A stretch of DNA of 64,000 nucleotides. Source: Eledone cirrhosa. Its lineage: Eukaryota. This document shows, piece after piece, positions 59,400-64,000 of the stretch (positions within the stretch are counted from its first letter, which is position 1; each line of letters begins with the position of its first letter). The notes under the pieces were generated by a model. That model made no database searches, was not told the DNA's origin, and worked only from the letters and a program-made list of their open reading frames with translations. The stretch spans positions 81,902,001-81,966,000 of the forward strand of contig OZ024743.1 of NCBI GenBank assembly GCA_964016885.1, written 5' to 3'. Position numbers and translations under genes: made by a program.

Positions 59400-59560
59400 C
59401 CAGGAAATGTATAAATACCACAATGACTGTTGGCTCTCCTCGTGATTACCTTCGAATGAAACAGTTCTAGTCCTGTAGAAGCCATTTCTATATTAAACAT
59501 GGTATACTCTACTATGGTATACTCTACTTACTGTGGTTACCCCCCGATTGAACCGAGATA
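59400..59560 (+). mobile_element. Family A element with degenerate core and TATA-like box
   Basis: aatgTATAAATAcca..tgac.gttggct..gaatGAAAcagttctagtcctgTAgaagcc plus tail. Confidence 0.75.
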
Positions 59561-59596
59561 CACACACACTCAGACACATATATATATATACATGTG

Positions 59597-59663
<67 letters not shown>

Positions 59664-59729
59664 ATATGTATATATATATATATATATATAGATATATATA
59701 CATATACATATATACATATATATATATAC

Positions 59730-59884
<155 letters not shown>

Positions 59885-59887
59885 TAT

Positions 59888-60200
59888 GTAGGAGGTGAGT
59901 TTTATTGTGGCACAATAAAGCAATGCAAATATCGGATAAGTAGCACTCAACAGTTTATAGGACTGGAGTATAAATAATATAAAATCAAAAGAAGGTTAAA
60001 AGAGTTCCATGTATTTTATTATGCATATATGTATATGTTGATTTAACACTTCACTGATCGAAAGTGTTTTTTTTTTAAGCTTCATATCTTGTCTCCCTAT
60101 TTTATCTGATGAGAACGCAAATATCATCCCATGATGATATTTGTTTTTGAAATGCGCATAATAAAATACATGGAACTCTTTTAACCTTCTTTTGCTTTTA
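59888..60200. mobile_element. Family D element; complete hammerhead at 60098-60168 (+)
   Basis: tattttat-CTGATGA-gaacg caaatatcatc ccat gatgatatttg ttttt-GAAA-tgcgca-TA^-ataaaata; inverted arm at 59980-60025. Confidence 0.88.
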
Positions 60201-60225
60201 CATAATATACATATATATATATATC

Positions 60226-60505
60226 AATAATATTAATAAATGGAAACTCTTTATATAACCATATTTATTTTGTTATATATATTTCAACGGTACCACAATT
60301 TTGGGGTACGCTCTAATAAGATAAAATATCTGATGAGGGCGAACCCAAAAATGTTGGTACCCTTGAAATATATATAACAAAATAAATATGGTTTTATAAA
60401 GATTCCATTTATTAATATTATACTCAAGAAGAAATATTGTGGAGTGCTTCGAATCTGTTATAAATAAATTTGTTGAATAACCACAACAATTTAAATAACT
60501 CTTTG

Positions 60506-60508
<3 letters not shown>
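60226..60508. mobile_element. Family C palindromic element plus tail
   Basis: Arms 60226-60325 and 60328-60420; CTGATGA at 60330, GAAA at 60365. Confidence 0.8.
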
Positions 60509-60916
<408 letters not shown>

Positions 60917-61194
60917 AATTACGCAAACAACCATAGATGGAGAGCCAACAAAATTCATACACATTTGCTAAGTTCATTCCTGTCAACATACAACAGAACG
61001 CCGGTGTTTCTCTCTCCCCACCCCTTCCTAATATCCCCACCATTTTACGCCCCTAACTACCCCATCCCTCTCCCTCCCCTCTATCGTTCCGTCTTCCCCA
61101 TTCACCCCTTCTATCTATCTATCTCTTCCCCTTTCTCTCCCATGTACTGAAATGATATATCCCAGTTGAACCTTGCACTAAGGTAGTAACTAGC

Positions 61195-61230
<36 letters not shown>

Positions 61231-61238
61231 AATTTAAT

Positions 61239-61339
<101 letters not shown>

Positions 61340-61372
61340 CCATTTATATATATATAGATATATATTAATAAG

Positions 61373-61409
<37 letters not shown>

Positions 61410-61444
61410 TTCCATTTATATATATACAGATATATATTAATAAG

Positions 61445-61476
<32 letters not shown>

Positions 61477-61661
61477 TCCATTTATATATATTAATAAGTA
61501 TATATATATATATATTTATATATATATTTCCATTTATATATATATAGATATATATTAATAAGTATATATATATATATATATATATATATAACCTCGTGTG
61601 TTACCTTTCTACATTCGATATATATGTATATAAATATATAAAATATATATATATATAAATG

Positions 61662-61720
<59 letters not shown>

Positions 61721-62144
61721 TCAGTATATTTCAACCAAGGACCATAGAATAAAGAGGGCGTGAATGAGTGAGAGAAGAAGGAAGAATATAGGTGAAGAAA
61801 TAAAGCAGGAGAGTGAGTGCAAATAATGTCTGTTAGTAACGAGAAGGAGGCTTCATGTAGATGGAGGGGTTGAGGGGGGGGGGGTAGTAAATAGAATCCT
61901 GAAATGAATGTTTTATGTATATATATATATATATATATATATGAGATGTGTGTGTGTGTGTGTGAGTGTGTGTGCGTGTGTGGTACTAAACAACACACGT
62001 CACTTTAGCCTGACGACTGCAGCAACGGTAGACTAGACTGAAGAGGTAGTGGGAGTGAGGGTATTAGTGGTAGTAGTATTAGTGTGAGGAGATGATGATA
62101 GAGAGGGGAGATACAGAGTTGATGGGATAGAAATAAAGAGAGAT

Positions 62145-62207
<63 letters not shown>

Positions 62208-62208
62208 A
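62145..62208. repeat. (TAG)n microsatellite
   Basis: Direct reading. Confidence 0.95.
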
Positions 62209-62481
62209 AGAAGTAGTGGTGGTGATGGTGGGGGTAGAAGGGTTGCCTATATGTCACAAAAAAGAGAGTTTATGACAGTTGTGAATGTAAACGAAGGAAG
62301 AGAGAGGTAGAGAGAGGGGGGAGAACAGGGTGAAGTTGTCAGAAGTTTAGAAAAAAAGAAAAAGCCCAAATATATACACATTATATATATATATAAAGTT
62401 AAAGACCCCTTTTGGTCACCAATGACCATGGGATTTGAACCTAGAAAGTTCCCCTCCGAGGCACAAGTCCGTCTATATATT

Positions 62482-62529
<48 letters not shown>

Positions 62530-62534
<5 letters not shown>

Positions 62535-62768
62535 TTAAAACAATGAAATAAAAATTCAAGTCATTAGGAATATACTTCACTGCTTTACGATCGTTTCTAC
62601 GATATACACGTAGGTAAATATATTCCTTATTTGATATTTTGTAACTAACCTTACATAGATCGATAACGAAATATGCGTCCAATGTATTATTATCACCTAG
62701 AAACGATCGTAAAGCAGTGAAGTATATTTCTAATGACTTGAATTTTTATTTCATTGTTTTAACTTATA
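62530..62768. mobile_element. Inverted-repeat element with hammerhead 3' half
   Basis: Arms 62530-62599 and 62698-62768, each beginning taGAAA-cgatcg-TA-aagc. Confidence 0.7.
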
Positions 62769-62910
62769 TCATGACTCTGTTTTCCTTTTAATGGATTTAT
62801 TTTAACCTAAAACTTTCAACATATGGATTACATTGAGTTCTTCAAGCATACTAGACCCCCACAACTAACCGTGGATAGTTCTGAATATATATATATATGT
62901 TTCTTTATAT

Positions 62911-62981
<71 letters not shown>

Positions 62982-63035
62982 GTAGATAGATAAAAATAAA
63001 TATACACGAGTGTGTATGATTGTGTATAGAAAATT

Positions 63036-63413
63036 ATATTAATAAAAGTAATTCCAACTTTGTCTGATTTACTCGTTTTATTTACAATCCTCTAAAATGT
63101 ATAATGGTATTAGAATGAAATAGTATGGTAGAATATTAAATGTTAAGTATTAATTGAACAAATACTTTCATGCTTTCGCAATCTTCAGGTTCATAAAGTG
63201 TGGTGACAGTCAAGTTTGCAATTTTCAGTTGAAAATTGCAAACTTGACTGTCACCACACTTTATGAACCTGAAGATTGCGAAAGCATGAAAGTACTTGTT
63301 CAATTTACACTTAACATTTAATATTCTACCATACTATTTCATTCTAATACCATTATACATTTTAAAGGATTGTAAATAAACGAGTAAATCAGACAAAGTT
63401 GGAATTACTTTTA

Positions 63414-63421
<8 letters not shown>
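63036..63421. mobile_element. ~385-bp palindrome with a canonical minimal hammerhead in each arm
   Basis: Centre at about 63228; plus 63265-63301 gaac-CTGAAGA-t tgc gaaa gca t-GAAA-gtac-TT^-gttc; minus copy at 63156-63192. Confidence 0.9.
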
Positions 63422-63466
<45 letters not shown>

Positions 63467-63722
63467 CCCTGAGATAAACAGGCGAAACACCAGAGTAACA
63501 AGTAAAATGAATATATATGTATATATATATTCATATATATAAATATATATATATATATAAATGGAATAGAATGAAACGAAATTTCATTTCTCACTCTTAG
63601 TACGGCACTTACTTAAATGTAAGTATGTATGTATGTATGTATGTATGTATGTATACGTACATACATATATGTATACATATATGTATGTGTACGTATACAT
63701 ACATACATACATAAATACTTAC

Positions 63723-63798
<76 letters not shown>

Positions 63799-63864
63799 TA
63801 TTGAAGTTTCCGTTGAAAATTGAAAAAGTCATAGGAGTGAAGAGTGCTCTATGTAAGTACCAGA

Positions 63865-63945
<81 letters not shown>

Positions 63946-64000
63946 TATAGGGTGTGAAAGGTGAGGTGGAGTTGATGTTTGAAGTAGTCAGTGTAGGTGG

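Overview
This is AT-rich animal genomic DNA with no recognisable host gene. The repeat repertoire (tRNA-derived SINEs, an RTE LINE with a PHD finger, very dense (TA)n/(CA)n) suggests a cephalopod, probably Octopus; that is an inference. Almost all ORF-track entries are microsatellite translations ([12 protein letters not shown]). The real coding remnants are all transposons: three Penelope-like elements (PLE, GIY-YIG type), an intact-ORF 5'-truncated RTE LINE, two CR1-group LINE pieces, a CRE-like fragment, an internally deleted mariner, a non-autonomous Helitron and a hAT(hATm)-like remnant. There is also a ~4 kb 39/40-bp minisatellite with higher-order structure. The main signal is that the short unique islands between the (TA)n tracts are small elements from at least 10 sequence families, each carrying a type I hammerhead ribozyme fold (stem I-CUGANGA-stem II-GAAA-stem III-UH-stem I). 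I count about 15-20 structurally complete motifs plus many degenerate ones. Stems covary between copies, several carry the compensatory U3:A8 core, many sit as head-to-head palindromes, and several families share a downstream TTGAGTRC motif. They look like a TA-microsatellite-targeted population of PLE pseudo-LTRs or retrozyme-like non-autonomous elements. All folds and coordinates were read by eye and may be off by a few bp.
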